A stretch of 64,000 nucleotides of DNA from Convolutriloba macropyga (Eukaryota), in assembly GCF_964194025.1 (NCBI RefSeq), contig NC_134476.1, positions 11,966,001-12,030,000 of the forward strand, read 5' to 3'. The notes beneath the pieces were generated by a model. The model made no database searches and was not told the origin of the DNA. It worked only from the letters and a program-made list of their open reading frames with translations. Of this stretch, positions 25,801 through 37,800 are shown piece after piece; positions within the stretch are counted from its first letter, which is position 1; each line of letters opens with the position of its first letter. The position numbers and the translations under genes are program-made.

Positions 25801-28800
25801 CCGTCCATGGACAAGGAATATGATTGTCAAACTTTTAAAGTAAAAGCATTGTCAAGAATAATCAGCAGGAAGCTCTTTTTCAAGGAAATCAGGTGTGGTT
25901 TCTGTTGCCTCTGCTGGCAGTAAAATTAAAAACCATTTTGAACATTAGAAAGAAAATTTGAGCAACTGCTCGTCAAAGCAACTTCTTACTAACTCCTTGG
26001 TTTGGTTTATCAACGTTGGTTTTCAATTTAAGTATTCTTCATGTTTTTGATTCGCCCACTTGTGTCCGTACGGTTTTTTTGAACAGTTGATTTTATTGCC
26101 TGTTTTGGATATTTTTCTTTGTAACTACCTCTGCCAGCTCAACAACTGCTTGAACAATTAGTTCACGTCCAATCTTTTTTACTACAAGCCAAAAAATTCT
26201 TCTTGCAATTGGCAACGCGGCTTTGCCAATACCTGCAGCTAAAGCCCCAAATTCAATACCTCATTAGCGACAGTGTCCGGAAATGTATGGTGACACTGAT
26301 TGCTGTTGATAGTAGGCTTCTGTCTAGTCGATCTTTTTAACATTCAAAGTCAAAATAAGCTTTTCTGTTCCAGCGAATGGAACTAATTATCCGGTTTCTG
26401 TACGCAATTGAATTTGAATTGAGTGAAATTTTTTTGACAATAACTTTTTGTATATCAACAATTCTGTGTGTTGGCTCGATTTCGCAGGGGCTACAGTTTT
26501 TCAGGGGTTGTTTTGAATCCATGACTCGGATAGGAGGAGCGTTAGTATCATCTACGTATTAATACTCAATTATGTTAACGTAAACAAAAATCACTTGCTT
26601 CCCTGCAGACAAATAAAAAGGATAATCACCAATGAAAGTTTTTTCTTCGTCATCTGCCATGGTCAGACTTTCAAAGTGTCTAACATGTTTTCTTCAATAT
26701 GATAACGAGACCCATCCTTAAAAATATTGAAACCTAGTATGCATGAAATTTTGTTATCCGGAAAAGTAATTTTTCCGTTTTAACCGAAAATTAGGAGAAA
26801 AACTCCATTGATTTTGTTGAATTGATAGTCAAAATTAGGTATTCCGGTAGCTGTTTTTAAGGATCTCAAAAAATGGTCATGACTTCCATAGTAACCAATT
26901 CCAATGATACCTTGTTCTCCGTATGTTCTGGAGACAGCTTCTAAAAGAATATTTTTCTCATAAAACTTAAGGCCTTCAGAAGGAAATCTCTTCAAATCAA
27001 TTATGTTCGTTGATTTATTTTTGACCGGAGTTTCACCTAGTGTAACTCATTAATGCGCATCTAGATTAATCTCTTCATTGACACAGAGTCCCGAAAGAGC
27101 CCTTAACTTCTGTACCAGCATCTAACAACAGCCTTTTAGTTCGCTTATTTTTTTTAATCATTTTCTTGAAGGCATCGACTGTTGTTGCTGCGTACTTTAA
27201 TTTAAATGATTGGACCCGTAGATAACGTGAGAGACAGTCAACCGCAAGCAACAAGTATTCTACATCTTTGTTCTCTTTTGCTAGCTTATCCACAATAGCT
27301 AAGTCTAGCAACCAAATTCGTCTACGTAGGCAATAATTTTCAGTGTTGGATTTTTGTTCTATACTTCGTATGCTTTGTGTGGGCATTTCTGCTCTCCAGA
27401 AACAAATTCACTCTACTTCAAATTTGTGCTTTTTTGTAGTTTTCCTACGCTTCCGTATGCTGCAGGACCTTTTGTATATATTATCTCGAGTAGTTTTTTT
27501 CCATTCATCAAAAGAGACCCAGTTTTTCTCCTCCTCCTCCTAAGTTCTGTTTTCCTTTGAAGTTCGGAAACCACTTCAGGCATCTACGGATTGCTCTATA
27601 AGTAATTGGCTGATATTTTGTGCTTGATTCTTTTTGGCGAAATAGTTCTCTTTTTAGTTTTTCGTTTGGTAATTCTATGAATTCCTTTCTAGATCGCAAT
27701 TTTAGCGTTACTGTTGATCACGAAGCTTTTTTTTAATGTTTGAAGCCTCTGGAATCTTGAAATAATCTGAATTCCTTTGTTTTTCAGTTGGTTACTGCAA
27801 ATCACAGGGAAAAATGGGATCATTTATTCCTGTTGCTGCTCCGTCAACAATGAGCTTTTTGGTTTCGTCTCTAACAATTTTTCTGACTCTTTAATGAGGT
27901 TAAATAATTTTTCCGTCGTGGCGCTAGCAGGTTAAGATTTTGAAAATTTGGCTCCTATTTTTAACTCAGTGGGATGAGTTGTTTCCCTTGTATCCAAAGG
28001 TTCCAGGTATTCATTTTTTCATTGTTAGTGTTTTCATATGGTCGCATACGACTCAAAAAAGAAAATTGAGCAGCTGTATGATGATTTCTGGGATCATTTA
28101 CAGTTTGTAAGGAATATGGTTGCTCTTTCATGAACTGATTTTTCGGTATCAAATTAAATTTTTCAGCAGTAGACATGGTTTAACTCAAATGGATGAAACA
28201 AAACTTAATAATGAGTTGAATTAGTTCGGAACCGGTTGTTTCTAGTAAAAGCGCTTGTCGTTTATCCATTGAAGAAGTTTTCTTGATAATACCTTCAAAT
28301 ATGTGTCTGTATTTTTCTAAACCTCTTGGTTTCACTCTAACATGACTCAGTAAAATTCTGTGACGGCATTCACATAAAACCAGTATAACATCACAATCAC
28401 AACTACGTATATAATTCCTTAACTGTTTTGGTTGTAAATACCCCATTTGCTTAGCTACAGACAATTTTTTCTCTATCATTGTTCAGATGGGTTAATTCTG
28501 CTTTATCAAATTGAAGATAGAACAATGTAGGACCTGGCTTAGTAACATTTCAACAGTATCGTGAACAATTAGAATTTTTTGGATCAATATCGATAAGCAA
28601 ATGCCCAAACCGTTCGTTCGTTGCCAATTGATAGCAATGCTTTAAAAATATAACAAGTTTTAACAGCTTGCCTAAAAATTCGACTGGTCAAATATTGCCG
28701 GCTGATTTGGACAAAATGTTGTGTTGCGTTCAAGTCTATTGTAAGAGACCAGTTGCTCTGTTGACAAAACTCTGCTTTATATAAATACCATTATTGTTTT

Positions 28801-31800
28801 TCTGACACCCTGCAGTGGCCAACTTAACAAATTCTTTGTCATTATAAATTTCTTCGCAGGATTCATCGATTATCAAAAGAAAGTTTGCAAGGCTATTCAA
28901 AAATTCTAAGTTAGCATACTTTTTGAAAACAACTCCAATTTTTTCCTCATTTTGATGTATACTTGTTGCATTGCCCGGTATAAAAAATTAATGTGTTTAA
29001 ATTTTTGGTAAAAATTAATTCAACTCAACATTTTGAAAACTGACTCTGCTTTGCCACATTCTGATGGCCCTACAACGGCCATGAAAACCTATCTTGAGTA
29101 GATATAAATTTATGCATAGTCTTTGGTTGGGTGAAATACGTCCAATTAAAATTGACAATATGGGTATCCAAACTGAAGTTTCTTCCCAATTTGATTTTGA
29201 CCCTGTTAATTCAACAATGCAAATTGATATTAGCAGTCATATATCAAACATTTGCACAAAAAATACATGTTTTGACGATGGCAAAGTTGTTTAATTACAA
29301 AGTTTCCCCAGAAAATCTGCTACTACTTACTTTTTCAAAAAAAAAATTCTTCTACGACAGCATCAATTGTTACTCCCTCTATCTCATAAAAATACGAAAA
29401 TTTGTTGAAATAATATAAAAATGATATCAGTTTAAATAAAAGAACTCAAGAATTAATTGTTTGTACAAAGCTCTGCAATTGATTGACATACGAAAAACTC
29501 AATATTTCCTCTAAGTACTTGTATATGAAATTCATGAGCGATTATATATTTCATTCCGCAAATGCCGATTTATTCTTGCTGTCTTATAATTTTCAATATC
29601 AATTTCAGAGTATTGAAAAAGCCCTTAAGTTCTGTACCAGCATCTACCCACAAATTTAGGTTTCTTATTTTTCACCCTTGTTTCATGAAGGCATCGCCTG
29701 TTGATCTGGCGAACTTTATTTTTAACAATTTGACCGGTAGATAACGTGAGAGACAGTCAACCGCAATCAACAAATACTCTACATCTCTGTTCTTTTGTGC
29801 TAATTTATCCAATTGAGTAAAGTATAGCGACAAAATTTTTGTTTATGTGGTACGCAATAACTTTCAGTGCTGGATTTCTTCCAATTTTTCTTATGCTTTC
29901 GGCAAATTCTTTGTCATTATAAATTTCGTCGCACATGTCATCGATTATCAAAAGAAAGTTTACAAGGCTATTCAAAAATTCTAAGTTGGCATAATTTTTG
30001 AAAACAACTCCAATTTTTTCCTCATTTTGATGTATATTTGTTGCATTGCCCTGTATAAAAATTTATTGTGTTTAAATTTTGGGTAAAAATTAATTCAATT
30101 CAACATTTTGAAAACTGACTCTGCTTTGCCACATCCTGAAGGCCCTACAACAGCCATGAAAACCTATCTTGAGTAGATATAAATTTATGCATAGTCTTTG
30201 GTTGGGTGAAATGCGTCCAATTAAAATTGACAATATGGATATCCAAACTGAAGTTTCTTCCCAATTTAGTTTTGACCCTGTTAATTCAACAATGCAAATT
30301 GATATTAGCAGTAATATATCAAACATTTGCACAAAAAAATACAAAATTTGACGATGGCAAAGTTGTTTGGTTCCAAAATTTCCCAGACGATCTGCTACTA
30401 CTTACTTTTTCAAAAAAATTTCTACAACAACATCAATTGTTACTCCAACCATCTCAAAATAATATGAAAAATTGTCGAAGGAATATAAAATTGATATCAA
30501 TTTATATAAAAGAACTCAAGAATTAATTGTTTGTACAATGCAAAGCTCTGCAGTTGACTGATATACGAAAAAAATTAATTTTTCCTCTAAGTACTTGTAT
30601 ATCAAATTCAAGAGCGATTAAATATTTCATTCCACAAATGCCGATTTATTCTTGCTGTCTTATAATTTTCAATATCGATTTCAGAGTATTGAAAAAGCCC
30701 TTAAGTTCTTTACCAGTATCTACCCACAAATTTAGGTTTCTTATTTTTCACCCTTGTTTCATGAAGGCATCGCCTGTTGATCTGGCGTACTTTATTTTCA
30801 ACAATTTGACCGGTAGATAACGTGAGAGACAGTCAACCGCAATCAACAAATACTCTACATCTTTGTTCTTTTGTGCTAATTTATCCAATTGAGTCAAGTT
30901 TAGCGACAAAATTTTTGTTTATGTGGTACGCAATAACTTTCAGTGCTGGATTTTTTCCAATTTTTCTTATGCTTTCGGCAAATTCTTTGTCATTATAAAT
31001 TTCATCGCACAAGTCATCGATTATCAAAAGAAAGTTTACAAGGCTTTTCAAAAATTCTAAGTTGGCATACTTTTTGAAAACAACTCCAATTTTTTCCTCA
31101 TTTTGATGTATATTTGTAGCATTGCCCTGTATAAAAATTTATTGTGTTTAAATTTTGGGTAAAAATTAATTCAATTCAACATTTTGAAAACTGACTCTGC
31201 TTTGCCACATCCTGAAGGCCCTACAACGGCCATGAAAACCTATCTTGAGTAGATATAAATTTATGCATAGTCTTTGGTTGGGTGAAATGCGTCGAATTAA
31301 AATTGACAATATGGATATCCAAACTGAAGTTTCTTCCCAATTTGGTTTTGACCCTGTTAATTCAACAATGCAAATTGATATTAGCAGTAATATATCAAAC
31401 ATTTGTACAAACAAATGCAAAATTTGACGATGGCAAAGTTGTTTGGTTACAAAATTTCCCAGACGATCTGCTACTACTTACTTTTTCAAAAAAATTTCTA
31501 CGACAGCATCAATTGTTACTCCATCCATCTCAAAATAATATGAAAAATTGTTGAAGGAATATAAAATTGATATCAATTTATATAAAAGAACTCAAGAATT
31601 AATTGTTTGTACAAAGCAAAGCTCTGCAATTGACTGATATACGAAAATATCAATTTTTCCTCTAAGTACTTGTATATCAAATTCAGGAGCGATTAAATAT
31701 TTGATTCCACAAATGCCGATTTATTCTTGCTGTCTTATAATTTTCAATATCGATTTCAGAGTATTGAAAACGCCCTTAAGTTGTTTACCAGTATCTACCC

Positions 31801-34800
31801 ACAAATTTAGGTTTCTTATTTTTACCATTTTCATGAAAGCATCGGCTGATGTTCTGGCGTACTTTGATTTCAATGATCTGACCAGTAGATAACGTGAGAG
31901 ACAGTCAACCGCAACCAACAAGTACTCTACAACTTTGTTCTTTTGTGCTAATTTATCCACATGAGTCAAATACTCAAAATTAAGCCAACTCAAAACCAGA
32001 ACTCAAAATTCAGTGTCGGTTTTTGAATTTGTATCGCGCAAGTGATGTTTGGTTACGAATTTCCTTCGATAATGAATATGAACGATAATTATTTGCTACG
32101 CTTCGCTAATTATATGCTCTGACAATTTTAATTAACTCTTTTGCTCAATTCTTTCTTCAAAGACAACAAAAGAACACGACTTTAAATAAAAGATTTCAAT
32201 TCCATATTAAATTTTTTAAAATCAAACTACTGTCAGCATGCAAACATTCATAGCCACTATTCAATATATAAAGTACTTTGGAAAGCTCACCCTACAGACC
32301 AACATTATATATAATATAAAAATTATCAATCGTACAAGTTCTAAAAAAGTTAGTTTGAGTTTAAACATCCACTGTCTTTATCCTTTTGACATTTGTTAAG
32401 TTTTTTTAGAATTTTAACAATTTAGATTGGGCTGGTCGTTGTAACTGACTGAAGTTTTTCGAGGCTTTTGCAATAACGCACTGTGCGAGAAGACCCGAGA
32501 ATTTGCAGTTGAAAACAAGTGAAGAGACACGGTATTGTATATGGTTTAGAAGTATCCTTGAACGACTGTGGTAGTTGCTCCACAGCAGCAATGACATGGT
32601 TATGAAAATGTAGTATATTGCAATGATGTTTATTTCGGTGTTGGCTGTATGCACAGTTTTTCTGGTAAAATGTGAATCAATTTGAGGTTCACTATTGCAA
32701 TTAGAATTCCACACGGACGCAACTTTAGAGCAATATCATGATCAGAGCAGTCCAACTCGCTAAAGTGTTCTCTTGCTGCAGGAAAAAGTTGAATCTTACT
32801 GACTTTTCAGAATAAGACATTGAAATGGATCAGGACCTCTGGTGAATGTTTTTCAAACAGTTTCTACAAACAATTGATAGATCAAAATGAATGCCGAGTC
32901 TTTTTTACTTATCAAAAAGCAACCTAAAGAACTTTTTAATGGTTTTCTCTGAACAATCTATTATCAAAACCATTTACTATTAACAATCCTTGAACAACGA
33001 GGGAATAAGATTTTGTCATTCTAATAATAGCGACAGACTAACTTATCAAGTTCTGATTTTTTAAATTTTAAATACTATCAAACAATAACTGCGATGCTAA
33101 TTGCATTCTCTTTTCAGCTTACTATACAAAAAGTTAAACTTCAAAATTTGTTGTTTTCTGACTGGCTAAGATAAAAACCAAATATATCCAACCATTAAGG
33201 CTTATATGACAAGTGTAGTTTTGAGCTATTGTTAGGAGCAACACAGCTAAACATGTAGAAAAAACAATCCAACACAAATTATCTTAACCTTCATTTCTTG
33301 CATACTGTTTGATTACTCACAAAATCCAAATCTTTGCTCGACAACTGAAACTTTAAATTGTTTCCAAAGTCTTTTCACAGTCTTTCATCATTTCTTTTTC
33401 TCTTTCTTCTCTATTGTTTACAAGATAATTATTTTCAAAACTTGACTTCAATTCGCATCCACAAAGTGGCAAAAACTAGCAGAGCACAGTTTATATAGAT
33501 TGATACTAAATTTGTTTGTTTAAGAACAAATTGTTTTATCTTTTGATTATAAAGAAAAATTTTACCAAAAGTTTCCACGATTTGATAACCTACCACAACA
33601 ATTCTTTAACAGCAACCTTTTCTTCCAAGTTTGAACATGTCTTCGGCGGCAATTTTTCTGAAATAAGGGGCCAATCCCGATTTGAGAAAAATAGCAAATG
33701 AAACTTAAAATGGAACTAAAATGGAACAAAAAAAGAAAGTCGTTATTGTTAAACAAGAGCTGCAGGACAATGAGTGGATTACAATTAACCACATGGCGCT
33801 ACCAATTGTAATTTTTGACTACATCCAATCATGCAGATTTCAGAAGGGACTGATTAAAGGAGCACAGTACACGATCAATCATGTTACCGGCTACGTATGA
33901 GAAATTGTTTTCAGTCCAGACACGATAGATGAAAATGTAAGGAAAATTCTATATGACTATGAAATCAAAGAGGTACCTCTAATCGAAAATCAGGAGGGCT
34001 ATTGGAGGCAACTAGAAACTATTGAGACTTTTTGGCGGATGCCAACCAGCCCCGAATGTCCAGGCATTACAACTCAGGCAACTTCGCCTCTACCAGATTC
34101 AACGTCAGCTCCCTCAATTCCCGAGGTAGCGGAAGTTTCCCTAATTGCCAGCAGCAGTCTTGAGACGCCACCATTGAGCCTTTGCTTTGCTCCAAAGAAA
34201 CGAACACTTGATATCGACTTCTTAAGCTCAATTAAAGACATTGTTTCTTTTGTTTCTTGGATCTTCTAGATTGGAAATTATTTTGTTTGTGTCTTTTGTT
34301 CGCTTTATAGAGCCTAACATTTCATTCTTTTTTAGTCTCAACGCAACCTATTCCACTTGAAATTAAATTGTTGCTTTCACTGTAGTTTTAATTTATGCAC
34401 AGTAAACAATATACACATTCCATTGAACATGCGATATTGTGATAAAAATCAAAGGAATCGTGAGAGGACGACATAACACTTTTTAAACACGAACTCAAAC
34501 TTGTGACTACACATTGTCTTTGATAATAAAAGACACGTGTTTAAACAGGTGCAAGACGGCAATAAAGCTTGAACTCGATTGACCAATCAAGAAAGCGGAT
34601 ACGACCACACTGAATTTTTAATGCTAATGAAAGAAACATTTTTGGCGCATGTAGTAGACAATAGTTCCTAAAACTCGGCCAGCCAATCACAAACGCCGAG
34701 ACCAAAACTTTTGAACAAAAAATCAAAAACATATATTGTCACATGTAACAGTAAAAAATTAATCTTCAGCCAGTTTTCAACCAATCAATGGTAGGCAAAA

Positions 34801-37800
34801 TAAATCCAGGTTCGATAAAAATAGAAGCACACTGTAGACATACAGCGATAGTTATTTTTAGTGCTATCAAAACAATAGGAGAACAAAAACAGAAGAGGAA
34901 AATTGTTTATTAAAGTAGGAAAAACACAATTTACTTCATAAAAAACTTAATTTAGAATATGTGAGGGAAAAAGTCTGCTCATTCTATCATTTTGCCAAAG
35001 TTGCGCAGTAGGGTTCAGTCGGACATCAGTTTCTCAGGTTACAATTTTGTCATTTTTTATAATTTTCCCCAAGTTTTACACTATGTTACGTGTTCACATT
35101 TGCATTCTAACTCAAACATCTTGTGTTACGCAATTTAACAGCCTACATTTGTTGTCATTTTCAATGCAAAACAATATTTGCATAATGGAATTGTTATTGT
35201 GGAAATCTGTTGCACAAAATTGTCCAAAAATAACCATTTTTACTCTAAAAAAAACACAAGTGTTCATTCTCCCGTCATTTAAACTGGTTGTATGAATCGC
35301 TTTACTGAACGCTTTCAAACACTCTTTCAGTACTTTTTTGGAACAATTCATATTGTTTTCAGCATTTATTTTGTCCTTTTCATATGAATATTTCATCCTT
35401 AGTTTCTGCTTTCTTTTTACGCCTGACGCTGCAAATTTCATACCAGACACAATATCTCTCAATGTGGTGCCCTGGCACTCAAGTTTTATTAGTTTTTTAT
35501 CTGCCCACACTCACTGCTCTGGCATTACAAATGGTCAATTCAATCATCAAATAAAACCAGATGTCGGCTTAAAACCACCAAATTTTGATTTTCGTTTTAT
35601 TTACGATATATTACATTAAGTTATCAAGAGATTGAGATAAAGAAAAGGCAAGTCAAATACATGCTTTTTATAAAACCATAAATATTTTTTTTTGACAAAG
35701 AAAGTGTTTAAGAAAATTTAAACTTTGAAATGAATATTATGGACCGCCAGAAATTTTTAAGTTTTTACAAATTTTTTAACAATTTCACAAAAATGTGACT
35801 TTTTAACAAGTTTTTATCCCCCGCACAAAATAGCTGGAAAGATCATAAGTTTTGCCCACCCAAGACAATAAGTGCATTTTAGAACACTACTCAAATTTAT
35901 CAGCTCCCTTTTGTTTGGTATTTTGGAGGATCAAGAAATATACGTGCTATGTTGAGGTTAAAACAAAAAATGTTTTCAGCCACTCTTTGACCCCACTTTT
36001 TTTCAGTTAGGTGCTACTCTGTTTATCGACGTAATTTAATTGATTGATAAAAAGACAAAACTAATCAAGCTTAACCTTTAACCCATTCTCTAAACAATGA
36101 AAGACTAGCTAATCAGATTTTTTAAAGGAAAGTGTTTTAATTTATAAAGATTAAACTTTTTCAAAAATACCAGCAGTTGTTTCCATCAATGATAAGTAAA
36201 ATAGTTTGCAATGGAAGCCTTAGTCATTTCAACCTTCATTTAGCGTGACTTGTGTACAATTAAAACCAATAGCCCGTGTAGTGGAGCTTTAGACTACATT
36301 TGATTTCATGATAGTGATATCATTCTATGTTTAATGTACCGACCCACTTGGGGGGGATCGACTCTATACTCACATTTTTTTGTTCGGAAAACTTTGGCCG
36401 ATCAATGTTTTCATCGCAGAGAGTTAAAACTGGTATAATTAGAAAACCCCGTCAAGTGTAGAAAAGAAAACCAAAAAGATTTTTTTTCTTACAGGGAATT
36501 ATCGAGGTTCAATTTTTTGCTTTTTGTGAATAATAGACGGAATTCCGTTGTTTTCATTCACACTTTTCGTATTTCTTGACCAAAGTTTTTTTTTCTTTTT
36601 GCTACAAACTGATGAAATTGTTAACAACAACGTTATTGGTGTTACTACTGGGGATAAAGGAGGCTTGTGGGTTGGTTTTACCTTTGTCTTTTGGTGAAAA
36701 CTTCGGCTATAATTTTCGAATTTCAATGTTTTTTAAACAAAAATGTCTCCAAATACGCCTTTCTCAGTGTCACTTTGTTTAAATATTCAAAAGTAAAGAT
36801 CAAATACCTGCTGCCAATATCTTCAATAACTCTTCAAAAAATATTTGTGGTTTTAATTGCTCTGGGAGTCCTCTGGATTTAAAACTTGGCGGGCTTTCCA
36901 AACAATTAACTTAAAATTTATGCAAAATACATCAATTATTTTTGTTTTTGAGTTACTTCCTTTACAATTTGATCTAATTTGCAAACATATGGAATAATAA
37001 TAAGTTTTGCTGGACAAGCAGCAAATCAGGGCTAGGTTTGGACTCATCTTGGATTCTTCCCATCAATAAATACTCGGTTTTTATTTGGGGGGGGGGGGGG
37101 GCTGGTCCTTTTCAAAAAAAAATTATTTTTCTATTGATTACTCACAAGAATGATTTAAAACCCGGGCCCAAATAAAAAAGATCCTATTTTCTTCCAAATG
37201 AGGCCAAAAACCATTCTGTCTTCAGAGTAAAACTCGTATTTTATATGGCTTTGCCTATATGTTTCATAAACTTTTTGTTTATTTTATTTTGCCTTCTTTT
37301 GCCATACTTCATGCAGCCTCATGACTTTGACTTATTAATCAGTGATACAATTTGTTTTTTCAAGAGCTATATGTGAACCTAACAATGCTTTCAGATGTTA
37401 AGTAAGTCCTCTTTTGACTTTGAATCTATTTGTATTTTTAAAAAATGTCCGCTTAGTTGTGACCACATATAGCCTAGTCTCAATCCATACAGGGCAACAT
37501 TTATTCCAAGTGAATTGGAACTCCTCTTCAAGAAGATTTCTATTCAACTAATAGTTTCTTGGCCTTCTTACTGCGACAATTCTTAAAAGTTTTGTTATTT
37601 TTTAAGGTTTACATATATTTGAGATTGTTAACTTCAAATTGTTCAAATTATTGCTTTAAGGACATCTCCAATTGTGAAAAGAGATGAAAAAAAAGTCTTT
37701 TTAAAAATTTTAGTGAGAACCTTATAGTTTTAATGTCTGCGAAACTGCACAAAATTGTCCAAAAATAACCATTTTTACTCTAAAAAAACACAAGTGTTTC

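Noticed and set aside
28828-31966. CRISPR-like or spacer-bearing array
   Set aside because: Units are ~1.08-kb whole duplicates with no unique spacers, in a eukaryotic context with no cas genes.
18909-37740. Treating the arms as normal terminal inverted repeats of one intact transposon
   Set aside because: The arms cut through genes, include a second element family, and no TSD is visible at 18909/37740.
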